Shown here: positions 33,956 through 43,637 of the stretch, in pieces
Layout: each line of letters begins with the position of its first letter
Position numbering within the stretch: the first letter of the stretch is position 1
Assembly (NCBI GenBank): GCA_964519365.1
Contig: CAZFHP010000001.1
Span: 3 to 64,002, forward strand
Direction of reading: 5' to 3'
DNA from: an uncultured Pseudomonadota bacterium
GTDB lineage: Bacteria; Babelota; Babeliae; Babelales; RVW-14
Length of the DNA: 64,000 nt
The notes under the pieces: model-generated
Seen by the model: the letters and a program-made list of their open reading frames with translations, nothing else
Told to the model about the DNA's origin: nothing
Databases searched by the model: none
Position numbers and translations under genes: made by a program

Positions 33956-34526
33956 TATGCCTCCTACATAAAAAGTTTGCTCTTAAATCTATAATTTTTC
34001 AAAGTCTTTATACGGAAAAACATCTAAAATTGTTCGTTTTGAAAGATTCTAAATAGCGATATCTTTAAAAAAAACAATACTGTTTAATCACCAGAAGCTG
34101 CTCAAAAAATTCAATTGTTGTTTCACATGACTTATATTTTTCTGAATACGGCTTCCTATCAGAACAAATACCTGTCATCTTATTTGTATACTTGGTAGAC
34201 ACAACCTGATCAAGACGACTCAGCTTTTTATCATAGAAATACGTATTGTCTGAACCCTTAACTTTTGAGTCTTTTGCCCAAAAATAAGCATTCTATCTCT
34301 TAAATTTTATCCTGATATATCGTCCTCTCCAAATAACACCTTGTCGTACAAAAAAAGATACCAATTTGCTAAAAAAATACCTCTAATATTACTCCCAAAA
34401 TCTAAACTTACACATTCCGCCATAAATAAACCAACCCCAACCAATCACTTTTAATTGATTGACCATACATACTTTTTATAATATCTTAAAATTCAAAAAT
34501 AAAAAACTAAATTCAAGGGGAATTTA

Positions 34527-35558
34527 ATGAAAGACATCAAAATTGGTTCTCGCTTTATCGGACCAAACCATCCATTATTTATTACTGCAGAAACAGGTGT
34601 TACTTGTAACTACGATATGAATATATCCAAAGAGCTTATTGATGTCGTAGCAGAATCACAAGCAGATGCTATCAAATTTATCTTTTGGTTCCCTGACGAA
34701 ATTATGTCCGACCATTCAACAATTTATAAATACAAAACACTCTCTGGAGAAAAAAGCGAAAACATGTATGATATGCTTAATAAACTACGGTTTTCTCTAG
34801 ACCAATGGTACGAGCTCAAAAAATACGCTGATAAAAAAAAGGTAATTTTGTTTGCCACCATAAATTCTCCAAGTGGTATTGAGTATGCAAAAAAATTAAA
34901 TCTTGATGCTTTAAAAGTCAGTTCGTGGGATTTTAATAACATTCCAATGTGGCGTGGAATTAGTCAAATACAAAAACCCGTCATTATCGACACCGGTCCC
35001 GCAACCGTTTTTGAAATTATGAATGCTATAAAAATCATAAAAGATCATGAGATGATTTTTGTACATTGTTATCACACAAAAAACTATGATGAAATAAACA
35101 TGCAAGCAATTCCATACATGAAACACACATTTAACACACAAGTCGGCTTTTCATCTACAGACACTAATACCGATATGGATATAATCTCTATTGCCTTAGG
35201 AAGCACATTTATCGAAAAGCGACTTACTCTCAGTCGATCTCTCCCAGGACATCATCATATTTTATCTATGGAACCCAATGAATTCAAAAATTACGTCACA
35301 CAAATAAGAAATGTCCAAAAAGCATTAGGGACAAAACAAATAATACCATCTCAAGGAGATTTACTCGAACGAAAAAAAGGATTTCGCAGCCTTGTCGCAA
35401 ATAACAATATCCCTGTAGGAACAGTAATTACAGAAAGCATGCTTGCAAGCAAACGACCTGAAAATGGAATCTCACCTGAATATATAAACTTTTTTATTGG
35501 CAAATCCCTTAAACGCACACTCAAAGAAAATCAAACAATTAGCTGGAACGACGTTTAA
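34527..35558 (+). CDS. NeuB-family nonulosonic acid synthase (second, divergent copy) with C-terminal SAF-like domain
   Basis: PLFITAETGVTCNYDMNISKELIDVVAESQADAIKF...LKVSSWD...IIDTG. The C-terminal part, RSLVANNNIPVGTVITESML, is SAF/antifreeze-like. Confidence 0.7.
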   Translation: MKDIKIGSRFIGPNHPLFITAETGVTCNYDMNISKELIDVVAESQADAIKFIFWFPDEIMSDHSTIYKYKTLSGEKSENMYDMLNKLRFSLDQWYELKKYADKKKVILFATINSPSGIEYAKKLNLDALKVSSWDFNNIPMWRGISQIQKPVIIDTGPATVFEIMNAIKIIKDHEMIFVHCYHTKNYDEINMQAIPYMKHTFNTQVGFSSTDTNTDMDIISIALGSTFIEKRLTLSRSLPGHHHILSMEPNEFKNYVTQIRNVQKALGTKQIIPSQGDLLERKKGFRSLVANNNIPVGTVITESMLASKRPENGISPEYINFFIGKSLKRTLKENQTISWNDV

Positions 35559-35566
35559 AAAATATC

Positions 35567-36307
35567 ATGAAAATAATCAATAAACCATTATGTATAATTC
35601 CTGCTCGAGGAAATTCAAAAAGATTTCCTCTTAAAAACATAGCCTTACTTAAGGGCAAACCTCTTGTTAGTTATTCAATAGAAGCGGCCATAGGTAGTAA
35701 TATCTTCGAAACAATTTGTGTTTCTTCAGAAAGTAAAACCGTTCTTAATATCGCATCATCCTATACAAAAGTAGAATGCAAAAAACGCCCCATTCAACTT
35801 TCTTGCGATACCTCAACGGTTAAAGAGGTATGTCTCTACATTATACATAATTTTTTAGAACAAAAAATCATGTATGAAAATTTTGCAGTACTCTTGCCCA
35901 CGAGCCCTCTTCGAGTAAGTACAGATATTCAAAATGCCTACAATATTTTTGAAAAAACAAAAACATCATGCTTGATGAGCATGATCCCCTTCTCTCATCC
36001 TCCTCAACGAGCCATTGTAATAAAAAACAATAAAGCTCAACCATTCTTTGGAATAAAATACATGAAGCGCACACAAGAATTAGAACAACTATATCGCCAT
36101 GATGGATCTATTATTTTTATAAAAACAAAACAATTTTTAGAAAAAAAAGAATTTCACGGATCAAATATTACCCCATTCTTTTTACCAATAGAACGCTCTG
36201 TTGATATTGACAATCCTCTCGATCTAGCCTGGGCCGACTTTTTACTCACAAAACAAATCCTAACAACTCAAAACAAAACATCACATGGTTCTATTGTTAC
36301 GTTATAA
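35567..36307 (+). CDS. acylneuraminate cytidylyltransferase family (CMP-nonulosonic acid synthetase, NeuA/PseF-like)
   Basis: The signature CIIPARGNSKRFPLKNIALLKGKPLVSYSIEAA, plus LLPTSPLR. Confidence 0.8.
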   Translation: MKIINKPLCIIPARGNSKRFPLKNIALLKGKPLVSYSIEAAIGSNIFETICVSSESKTVLNIASSYTKVECKKRPIQLSCDTSTVKEVCLYIIHNFLEQKIMYENFAVLLPTSPLRVSTDIQNAYNIFEKTKTSCLMSMIPFSHPPQRAIVIKNNKAQPFFGIKYMKRTQELEQLYRHDGSIIFIKTKQFLEKKEFHGSNITPFFLPIERSVDIDNPLDLAWADFLLTKQILTTQNKTSHGSIVTL

Positions 36308-37355
36308 GCAAATCCCAACATAATGGAGTTCCCTTTTTAACATCTTGTCTTATTTTCCTTCCCAACAATTGTTCATAATATTTTGGTTGTAACCCATAAC
36401 CAGGTCGAACAACTCTGACACAATCTTTCGTTAAAACCTCTCCAGCCTTAATATCTTTTGACACATACAAAGAACGTTTAAATTTAAGAGATCGTTTTTC
36501 GTCATTCGTTGGTCCATAATGAATATTTCCACGAGCTTTCCAAGCAATTGTCGTTTCTTGAACTAATTGTTTCATTTCATTAGGAGTTAAAGAAAAAGCT
36601 GCATCAATACCAATTTCTTTTGAAAGCGCAAAATGTTTTTCAATAACCGTCGCACCCAAAACAACACTTGCAACAGGCACACCTATCCCTAAGGTATGAT
36701 CTGAGAGGCCTATCTGACATTTAAACAAATCTTGCATATGAGGAATCGTCATAAGATTTGACTCTTTCGGATCTGCAGGATAGTTGCTTGTACACTTCAT
36801 TAAAACTAAGTCTTTACAACCGGCATCTCGAGCAACTCTAACGGCTTCATCAATTTCAGAAATAGTTGCCATACCAGTCGAAATAATTATAGGCTTTCCA
36901 GTTGAAGCAACTTTTTTTATCAATGGCACATGAACATTCTCAAAAGACGCAATTTTATAACAGGATACATTTAACGTCTCTAAAAAATCTACTGCCGTCT
37001 CATCAAACGGCGTACTAAAAACAATAAGACCTAGTTCTTTACATCGCTCAAAAATTGGTTTATGCCACTCCCATGGCGTATGCGCCTTTTTGTACAGATC
37101 ATAAAGCGTATTTCCATGCCATAAATTTTTTTTATCGCTGATATAAAAATCATCACGATCTTTAACATCAAGAGTTATCGTATCAGCGGTATACGTTTGC
37201 AATTTTAAAGCATGAACCCCTGTCTTTGCTGCCGCCTCAACTATTTGCAAAGCACAATCCAATGACTGATTATGATTTCCCGACATCTCAGCAATAATAA
37301 ACGGCGAAAAATCTTTCCCTATTTTCCTACCCCCTATTTCGATTACGTCTGACAT
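36297..37355 (-). CDS. pseI: pseudaminic acid synthase (NeuB family, PseI-like)
   Basis: PFIIAEMSGNHNQSLDCALQIVEAAAKTGVHALKLQTY...YKIASFE...IISTGMA. C-terminal SAF domain. Lies in a Pse gene context. Confidence 0.75.
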   Translation of the reverse strand: MSDVIEIGGRKIGKDFSPFIIAEMSGNHNQSLDCALQIVEAAAKTGVHALKLQTYTADTITLDVKDRDDFYISDKKNLWHGNTLYDLYKKAHTPWEWHKPIFERCKELGLIVFSTPFDETAVDFLETLNVSCYKIASFENVHVPLIKKVASTGKPIIISTGMATISEIDEAVRVARDAGCKDLVLMKCTSNYPADPKESNLMTIPHMQDLFKCQIGLSDHTLGIGVPVASVVLGATVIEKHFALSKEIGIDAAFSLTPNEMKQLVQETTIAWKARGNIHYGPTNDEKRSLKFKRSLYVSKDIKAGEVLTKDCVRVVRPGYGLQPKYYEQLLGRKIRQDVKKGTPLCWDLLIT

Positions 37356-38044
37356 TTATTAACCCTTCTCTTTTTCATGCAATTACTCAAAAAATCATTT
37401 GTTAAAAAATCAAGCGAATTTATAGAATAATCAGCTTCATATTGATTTGACAAAACAAGATCTTTATAGTGCCCCCGTAAAATTCGAATTGTCTTAAATC
37501 CCAACGGCTTAATTCCAACAAAATCTTTATTTGGATTATCCCCAATATAAAAAACCTGACCTGGAGGAACTTTTTCACGTTCACATATTTTTAAAAAGCA
37601 GTAAGGAGATGGCTTTGCATTGTGTATCCCATGCTGATGAGTAACATAACAAAATTTCATCTGATTATATAATCCTAAGCAAGTAATCTTACTCTTTTGA
37701 ACACATTTGTTACCATCTGTTACAATATAACGAGGCAAATCTTTGCATCTTAAAAGACAACGTTGCGCATCATCAAATAATTTAATTTTTGGCTTATGTG
37801 TTCGATAAACAAAAAGACACGCCTTAACATTTTTTTTTGAATGCAAACCTATCATTGTTAATAGTTCATCAAAAACTTTTCCTCGACCATGATCTCTTAA
37901 ATGATCTAGCATAAAAGAAAAGCTTTTTTGCTTACAAACATCATGTGTATCGTGTAGATATTTAGATACCGCTCTAAACCCACTATCTACAAAAGTAATC
38001 TCATCATATAAAGTGTCATCCAAATCAAAAACTAGAACCATCAA
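37343..38044 (-). CDS. HAD-superfamily hydrolase
   Basis: Motif I VFDLDDTLY, motif III/IV YIGDNPNKDF. Confidence 0.7.
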   Translation of the reverse strand: MMVLVFDLDDTLYDEITFVDSGFRAVSKYLHDTHDVCKQKSFSFMLDHLRDHGRGKVFDELLTMIGLHSKKNVKACLFVYRTHKPKIKLFDDAQRCLLRCKDLPRYIVTDGNKCVQKSKITCLGLYNQMKFCYVTHQHGIHNAKPSPYCFLKICEREKVPPGQVFYIGDNPNKDFVGIKPLGFKTIRILRGHYKDLVLSNQYEADYSINSLDFLTNDFLSNCMKKRRVNKCQT

Positions 38045-39953
38045 TCACCAAGTCTTCCGCAAAACGAACCTGTCTCTTTATCATTTTCGTAGGCAGGAAA
38101 CAATATTCATCAATGTTACTTCCTAAACATTCAAGAAAAAACCAATAAAAACTATCTAATCCTGAAGCTAAGCCTAACGTAGAGGCTCCACCAAACCTAC
38201 TATTACATTCTATTATGTGATAAGATCCATCAGAAATCTCCAAAGCTTGTAAAACTACATGTCCATAAAGACCCAATTTTTGAGCAAACTCAGAACACAT
38301 CTTTTCTAAGTCCTGTTTTTTAACAACTGTTGTAATCTGAGATTCACCCTGAACAACCACATCTCTCTGGCGAATAACTGTCCCCTTTGTTTTACTGTTC
38401 AAATCTATATACAAATCAAGACTAAATTCTTTCCCTTCTATAAATGGCTGAAAAATAGGATCTTGCAATTGCTTTGCATAAGTTTTACTTTGTTCATACG
38501 TTAAATTTAATCCAATCTTGCTGCTTCCTGCTCCAAATCTTTCCTTAACAACATACTGTTTCACATTAAGCGTATCTATATTTTGAACCGTTTGTATCAC
38601 AGGAAAATTAAATTCTCGTGTTTGTTCAAAAAAACGCAATTTATCGACACATGTCAAAATTGCATTTTTATTTGAAACCATAACAGAAATTCCATGCGTT
38701 TTTAACGTATCTTTGTATTCAGCAAAAAACTCTAATTCTCCATCTCTTGTTGGAATAATAGCAGTGATGTTTTCTTTCACACAAAAATCAATCAGATCTT
38801 GAATCAACAGTTCAGATAGCTTAGGCATCTGCCAAAAACTATCTACAAAATATTTTGCTATGCACTCATTGCTACAATCAGCACCATATATCTTCCCAGG
38901 AACACCCAGCTTTTCCAAAGCCCTTTTTACAGATTTAATTAAACCTACTTTTTTAGAAATACTTGTTACCAAAACATTAAATATCACTTCTGATTCTTCT
39001 TTTTTGTTATATTTCACATGCTGTTTCTCATGCTTTATAATTTCAGGGATAACGTCTTCTAATTGCCTTGCTGGTTTCCACCCAATAGCCTTTTCAAAAA
39101 ACTCCATATTTGCTTGAGACGCTTCATAGGAAATATCAGAAGCAACATGAATCGTTTTCATCTTAGGAAAATACTTTTTCAGCACATCAAGAACATCTTT
39201 TACCCTACGCGCATTGTCGTTTCCAAGATTGAACACTCCTTTAATAGAATCCCCAGCAAGTCTTAATAAGCCTTGCGCAACCTCTCCTGCATAAATGTAA
39301 TCAAATATTCCCTCTAGCCTGTAAACATTTAATTCTTTATTTTGCAACAGTAATCGAATCCAACGAGATATTATATCTTGAGAATTCTTACCATAACTTC
39401 TAAAAATACGAGCTGACACAAACTCACACTTCTCTGCTTTAAATTCATCTAAAAACCTAAGCTCTATCTCGTGCATCAATTTAGCAGCACCACATAAATT
39501 TCTTGGATAAATAGGATCCGTTTCTTTAAGCCTAACTGCATTTTGTTGCGATTGAGTAAAATTATAAAGCTTTGGATCATAAATTAAATAACTTGAAGCA
39601 AAGATTACTTTTTTTAAATCTGTTGAATCTTTCAAACAATTCATTAAATGGTTGCTCAGGCGTACATTATGATGATAATTTTCTTGCCAAAAATCATATG
39701 TTTCTGTTGAGCGCTCAAACGTTGCAGCTAAATGAAAAAAATACTCAGGATTAAAATCTAGTAATTCTTCTTGAGCAATATAATTCAAATCACCCTGACG
39801 ATACCTTATCTTATCAGACCAACTTTTTGGTCTTTTTTCCAGATCGCCAACAAAGACTGTCGCACCAAAATTATACAACTTTGATACCAATTCATTACCT
39901 ATAACACCAGCCCCCCCACTAACAAAAACTCTTTTCCCTTTCCATTCAACCAT
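38025..39953 (-). CDS. fusion protein: NAD-dependent epimerase/dehydratase (SDR) domain plus ATP-grasp domain
   Basis: N-terminal VFVSGGAGVIGNELV, SSYLIY and Y...AK (extended-SDR pattern). The C-terminal ~300 aa, VVKERFGAGSSKIG...FIEGKEFSLDLY...IIECNSRFGG, is typical of ATP-grasp ligases. Confidence 0.65.
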   Translation of the reverse strand: MVEWKGKRVFVSGGAGVIGNELVSKLYNFGATVFVGDLEKRPKSWSDKIRYRQGDLNYIAQEELLDFNPEYFFHLAATFERSTETYDFWQENYHHNVRLSNHLMNCLKDSTDLKKVIFASSYLIYDPKLYNFTQSQQNAVRLKETDPIYPRNLCGAAKLMHEIELRFLDEFKAEKCEFVSARIFRSYGKNSQDIISRWIRLLLQNKELNVYRLEGIFDYIYAGEVAQGLLRLAGDSIKGVFNLGNDNARRVKDVLDVLKKYFPKMKTIHVASDISYEASQANMEFFEKAIGWKPARQLEDVIPEIIKHEKQHVKYNKKEESEVIFNVLVTSISKKVGLIKSVKRALEKLGVPGKIYGADCSNECIAKYFVDSFWQMPKLSELLIQDLIDFCVKENITAIIPTRDGELEFFAEYKDTLKTHGISVMVSNKNAILTCVDKLRFFEQTREFNFPVIQTVQNIDTLNVKQYVVKERFGAGSSKIGLNLTYEQSKTYAKQLQDPIFQPFIEGKEFSLDLYIDLNSKTKGTVIRQRDVVVQGESQITTVVKKQDLEKMCSEFAQKLGLYGHVVLQALEISDGSYHIIECNSRFGGASTLGLASGLDSFYWFFLECLGSNIDEYCFLPTKMIKRQVRFAEDLVIDGSSF

Positions 39954-40524
39954 AGTAATCTTCCTTTAAATATCCATGCATCAACGAATCAACATATTTT
40001 TGCTCAATAAAAACATGTTGCCTTAATCGACCTTCAATTCTAAAACTACTTTTTTCAAGAACTTGAATATGAACAGACCTAATATCATATGTCTCTGTAA
40101 AAATCTTATTAAACGACAAAACATTAAACGAAACTTCTTTAATCAAAGAAAGAAAAATAGAAAACTTTTGCGTATAAACTTTATCATCAGACGTAAATCC
40201 TGGATCTAACAAAAAAGAAACTTCTGCTCGTTTTGATAACCAATCAATATGAACAAGCCCTCCATATCCAATGCAACGAGATTCATGTAAGTAGCTAAAC
40301 AAAATAAAATTTGGAGTCGAAGAAAAAAACTGTGGCAAAATACATCTCTGGTAATAAGCTTCCTGCTGACTATCCGTTAATAATTCTTGTTGTCGTAAAA
40401 TTGATACCTGTTTATTCCTCCAATCCTTAATCAAAAAAATATCTTCATATCGAATTGGAACCAAAGAATGCTCATTAAAATCAAATCTTTTCTTCGTCAA
40501 ACAAACAAAGGAATTTTCGTGCAT
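39946..40524 (-). CDS. pseH: GNAT N-acetyltransferase, PseH-like
   Basis: LVPIRYEDIFLIKDWRNKQVSILRQQ resembles the PseH N-terminal signature (WRN). It is of GNAT size and lies in a Pse context. Confidence 0.55.
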   Translation of the reverse strand: MHENSFVCLTKKRFDFNEHSLVPIRYEDIFLIKDWRNKQVSILRQQELLTDSQQEAYYQRCILPQFFSSTPNFILFSYLHESRCIGYGGLVHIDWLSKRAEVSFLLDPGFTSDDKVYTQKFSIFLSLIKEVSFNVLSFNKIFTETYDIRSVHIQVLEKSSFRIEGRLRQHVFIEQKYVDSLMHGYLKEDYYG

Positions 40525-40527
40525 TTG

Positions 40528-41457
40528 CTATTTCTCCAAAGAAACATATGCTAAAATCCTTCGACCAAAATTACATTTTGCTGCAGCTTTCATATATTCA
40601 ACATAATTTTCTATACCCTGAGACATCATATATTCTTCAAATAAACACGATGCTTTATATGCACCTTTTCCTTTTTTTTTATCTTTATAATAATGAGAGT
40701 TCTCATTGAGCAAATACATTTCTATAGGAATCATCCCTAAAAAAAATTCAATCTTAAATCCCTTGCTTTTTAAGCATTGCTCAAGAGAAGAAAAAGTAAA
40801 GTAATTCAAATGTTCCGGAGGAGCAAACCATGGATCCGCGCCAATGATCCCTTGTGAAAACAAAAAATTTTGAAAACACGAATAATCATTTGGAAGACGA
40901 ACTCGTAATAATGACTGCTTCGTCATAACTTCACGAACTTTTTCAAGTAACAAAACAGGATCAGCAACATGCTCTAAAATAGCATCCATATTAATAAAAT
41001 CATACGTTTCTGAGCTTTTTATTTTTTCATCGAGAAATTCATAAAAATTACCACAAACAAAATGGTTCAAAAGATGAGGATTATAATTTTCCACACCATA
41101 AGAAGCAAAGTCACACAATACAACATTCCAATTTTTTTGAAAAAAATAATTACTAAAAAAGCCTTCTCCTGCTCCAATATCTAATAATGTGCCAACTTTT
41201 TTATCTCCAAATTTACCCCAAATATATTCCGAAATTTTCGCCTTATTCTCAATGTGATCAATTTCATCTTTCGAATACTTTTTTTTATACCCTCCTTTGT
41301 ATCCACTTTGAAAATATTCATTTTCGTAGAAAGATTTTAATTCTTCTTGAGATGGGGTGGGATCGGCCTGGTAAAAACCAAGCTCATGCTTTTTTCTAGA
41401 ATATTTTTGTGGGACCATACTCAATCCTTTCTTACTAAATTTTATAATCTCGCTCAT
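40528..41457 (-). CDS. class I SAM-dependent methyltransferase
   Basis: Motif I LLDIGAGEGFFSNYF, then DFINMDAILEHV. Confidence 0.7.
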   Translation of the reverse strand: MSEIIKFSKKGLSMVPQKYSRKKHELGFYQADPTPSQEELKSFYENEYFQSGYKGGYKKKYSKDEIDHIENKAKISEYIWGKFGDKKVGTLLDIGAGEGFFSNYFFQKNWNVVLCDFASYGVENYNPHLLNHFVCGNFYEFLDEKIKSSETYDFINMDAILEHVADPVLLLEKVREVMTKQSLLRVRLPNDYSCFQNFLFSQGIIGADPWFAPPEHLNYFTFSSLEQCLKSKGFKIEFFLGMIPIEMYLLNENSHYYKDKKKGKGAYKASCLFEEYMMSQGIENYVEYMKAAAKCNFGRRILAYVSLEK

Positions 41458-41493
41458 ACATCAAAACTAAAATGATTGTTTTCTTATATATCC

Positions 41494-42639
41494 TTACTGG
41501 GAAACCTTCTTGATAATACTTACTATCTTTTTGACATCACTATTTTTTAGCATTGGATATAACGGCAATGACAAAGCCTGCTCATAATATTTTTCTGCTA
41601 CAGGAAAGTCACCGTTTTTAAATCCCAACTTTTTATAAAATGGCTGTGTATGTACAGGAATATAATGCACCTGAAGAAACAAATGATTTTTTTGTAGGCG
41701 TTCAAAAATTTCTTTTTTGCTTGATGTAACTTCATCAAAGTTAATTAATAGTGGACACAAATGAAACGACGCCTTTGAATAATCTTTTTCTTTGAGAAAA
41801 GAAAAGCGTTTATCCCCTGATAATAACGTCTTATAACGGTCTACAATCTCTCTTCTACGCTTTACAAATTTATCAAGCTTTTTAAGTTGAGAAATCCCCA
41901 AAGCTGCTTGCATATCTGTTAAGCGATAATTAAAACCCAAATTATGCATTTGATAATACCAAGGACCATCGTTTTGTGTTAACAAAGACGTATCTTTTGT
42001 TACACCGTGTGTTCGTAGCATTAAAAGTTTTTCGTATAAATCTTTATTGTTTGTCGTAATAGCACCACCTTCACCTGTCGTTATTGTTTTAACAGGATGA
42101 AACGAAAACGTCGTCATATCAGAATATTTACACGAACCCACTTTCTGTCCCTTATATTCTGACCCAATTGCATGGGCAGCATCTTCGATAACAAATAAAT
42201 TATGCTTCTTTGCAATAGCTGCTATTTCTTGCATATCACATGATTGCCCCGCAAAATGCACAGGAATAAGAACACGGGTTTTAGAAGAAATTTGTTTTCG
42301 AACTTCTATAGGATCAATATTTGCTGTATCTTGTTCGATATCTGCAAATTTCGGTTGCCCGCCAGAATATAAAATACAATTAGCTGTCGCTAAAAAAGTA
42401 TTTGGTGATGTGATGCCCTCAAAACCCGGTCCTAAATCAAGAGCAAGCATCGCTAGATGTAATGCGGCTGTCCCGTTAGCTACAGCAACAGCATAGCGCG
42501 CTCCTGTATAATCACATAACGCTTGCTCAAATTCTTTTACTTTCGGCCCCTGTGTAAGCCAAGGCGAACGCAATGTCTTTACAATCTCCCAAATATCTGA
42601 CCATGAAATAGATTGTTTGCCATAGGTGTACTTTTTCAC
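41494..42639 (-). CDS. pseC: UDP-4-amino-4,6-dideoxy-N-acetyl-beta-L-altrosamine transaminase (PseC-like, DegT family)
   Basis: YGKQSISWSDIWEIVKTLRSPWLTQGPKVKEFEQAL, DAAHA and FSFHPVKTITTGEGG. The probable GTG start at 42639 overlaps the pseB stop (GTGA). Confidence 0.8.
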   Translation of the reverse strand: MKKYTYGKQSISWSDIWEIVKTLRSPWLTQGPKVKEFEQALCDYTGARYAVAVANGTAALHLAMLALDLGPGFEGITSPNTFLATANCILYSGGQPKFADIEQDTANIDPIEVRKQISSKTRVLIPVHFAGQSCDMQEIAAIAKKHNLFVIEDAAHAIGSEYKGQKVGSCKYSDMTTFSFHPVKTITTGEGGAITTNNKDLYEKLLMLRTHGVTKDTSLLTQNDGPWYYQMHNLGFNYRLTDMQAALGISQLKKLDKFVKRRREIVDRYKTLLSGDKRFSFLKEKDYSKASFHLCPLLINFDEVTSSKKEIFERLQKNHLFLQVHYIPVHTQPFYKKLGFKNGDFPVAEKYYEQALSLPLYPMLKNSDVKKIVSIIKKVSQ

Positions 42640-43613
42640 AAAATTTCTTTCATCTCTGCAATCGTTAACCAATCAGCATTATTGCCACTATGATACTCAA
42701 AATCATGCGCTACAGGATTCCCCTGAATAGGAACTTTTCGAGCTCCATAAAACGTATATTCAGGCTGAACAATGTAATATTTATCTTGCTCTATTGTTCT
42801 GCGAGCATCTTCACGCGTTATCATAACTTCGTGAATTTTTTCCCCGGGGCGAATACCAACATGACGCAATTCAACCGCTGGATTAATTGCTTTAGCAAGA
42901 TCCGTTATTTTCATAGATGGGATTTTTTTGACAAAAAGCTCCCCGCCTTGCATAATATCAAGCGCTTCTAATACCATATACACAGCATCTTCAAGCTTTA
43001 ACCAAAACCGGGTCATATTAAAATCTGTAATCGGAAACTCTTGCGCCCCCGCTTGCATAAGCTCTTTAAAATATGGAATCACAGAACCTCTGCTTCCTGC
43101 AACATTGCCATAGCGCACAACCGAAAATTTCGTATCATGAGTTCCAGAATACACATTGCCTGCAATAAATAATTTATCCGAACAAAGCTTCGTTGCTCCA
43201 TATAAATTTACGGGAGCGCATGCTTTATCAGTACTCAGCGCAATAACTTTTTTGACGTTTTTATCTATAGCTGCATCAATAACATTTTGGGCTCCCAAAA
43301 TATTCGTTTTAACCGCCTCAAAAGGATTATACTCACATGATGGCACTTGCTTAAGAGCTGCCGCATGAATAACAACATCTATCCCATCAAAAGCACGATA
43401 CAGACGATCTTTATCTCGAACATCTCCAATAAAAAAACGTAACTTGGGATTATCTTTAAACTCAGGTTTATTAGACATCACAAATTGTTTAAACTCATCG
43501 CGAGAAAACACAACGATGCGTTCTACGTCTGGATATTGCTCTAAAACAATCTTGATAAAAGCATTTCCAAAAGACCCTGTCCCTCCTGTTACTAAAATCG
43601 ATTTATATTTCAC
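42636..43613 (-). CDS. pseB: UDP-N-acetylglucosamine 4,6-dehydratase (inverting), PseB-like
   Basis: ILVTGGTGSFGNAF...VFSRDE.KQ...GDVRD...VIHAAALKQVP..E.NP.E..KTN..G..NV...STDKA..P.N.YGATK. Confidence 0.85.
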   Translation of the reverse strand: MKYKSILVTGGTGSFGNAFIKIVLEQYPDVERIVVFSRDEFKQFVMSNKPEFKDNPKLRFFIGDVRDKDRLYRAFDGIDVVIHAAALKQVPSCEYNPFEAVKTNILGAQNVIDAAIDKNVKKVIALSTDKACAPVNLYGATKLCSDKLFIAGNVYSGTHDTKFSVVRYGNVAGSRGSVIPYFKELMQAGAQEFPITDFNMTRFWLKLEDAVYMVLEALDIMQGGELFVKKIPSMKITDLAKAINPAVELRHVGIRPGEKIHEVMITREDARRTIEQDKYYIVQPEYTFYGARKVPIQGNPVAHDFEYHSGNNADWLTIAEMKEIL

Positions 43614-43637
43614 AGCTACAATCCCATTTTATTTTTT

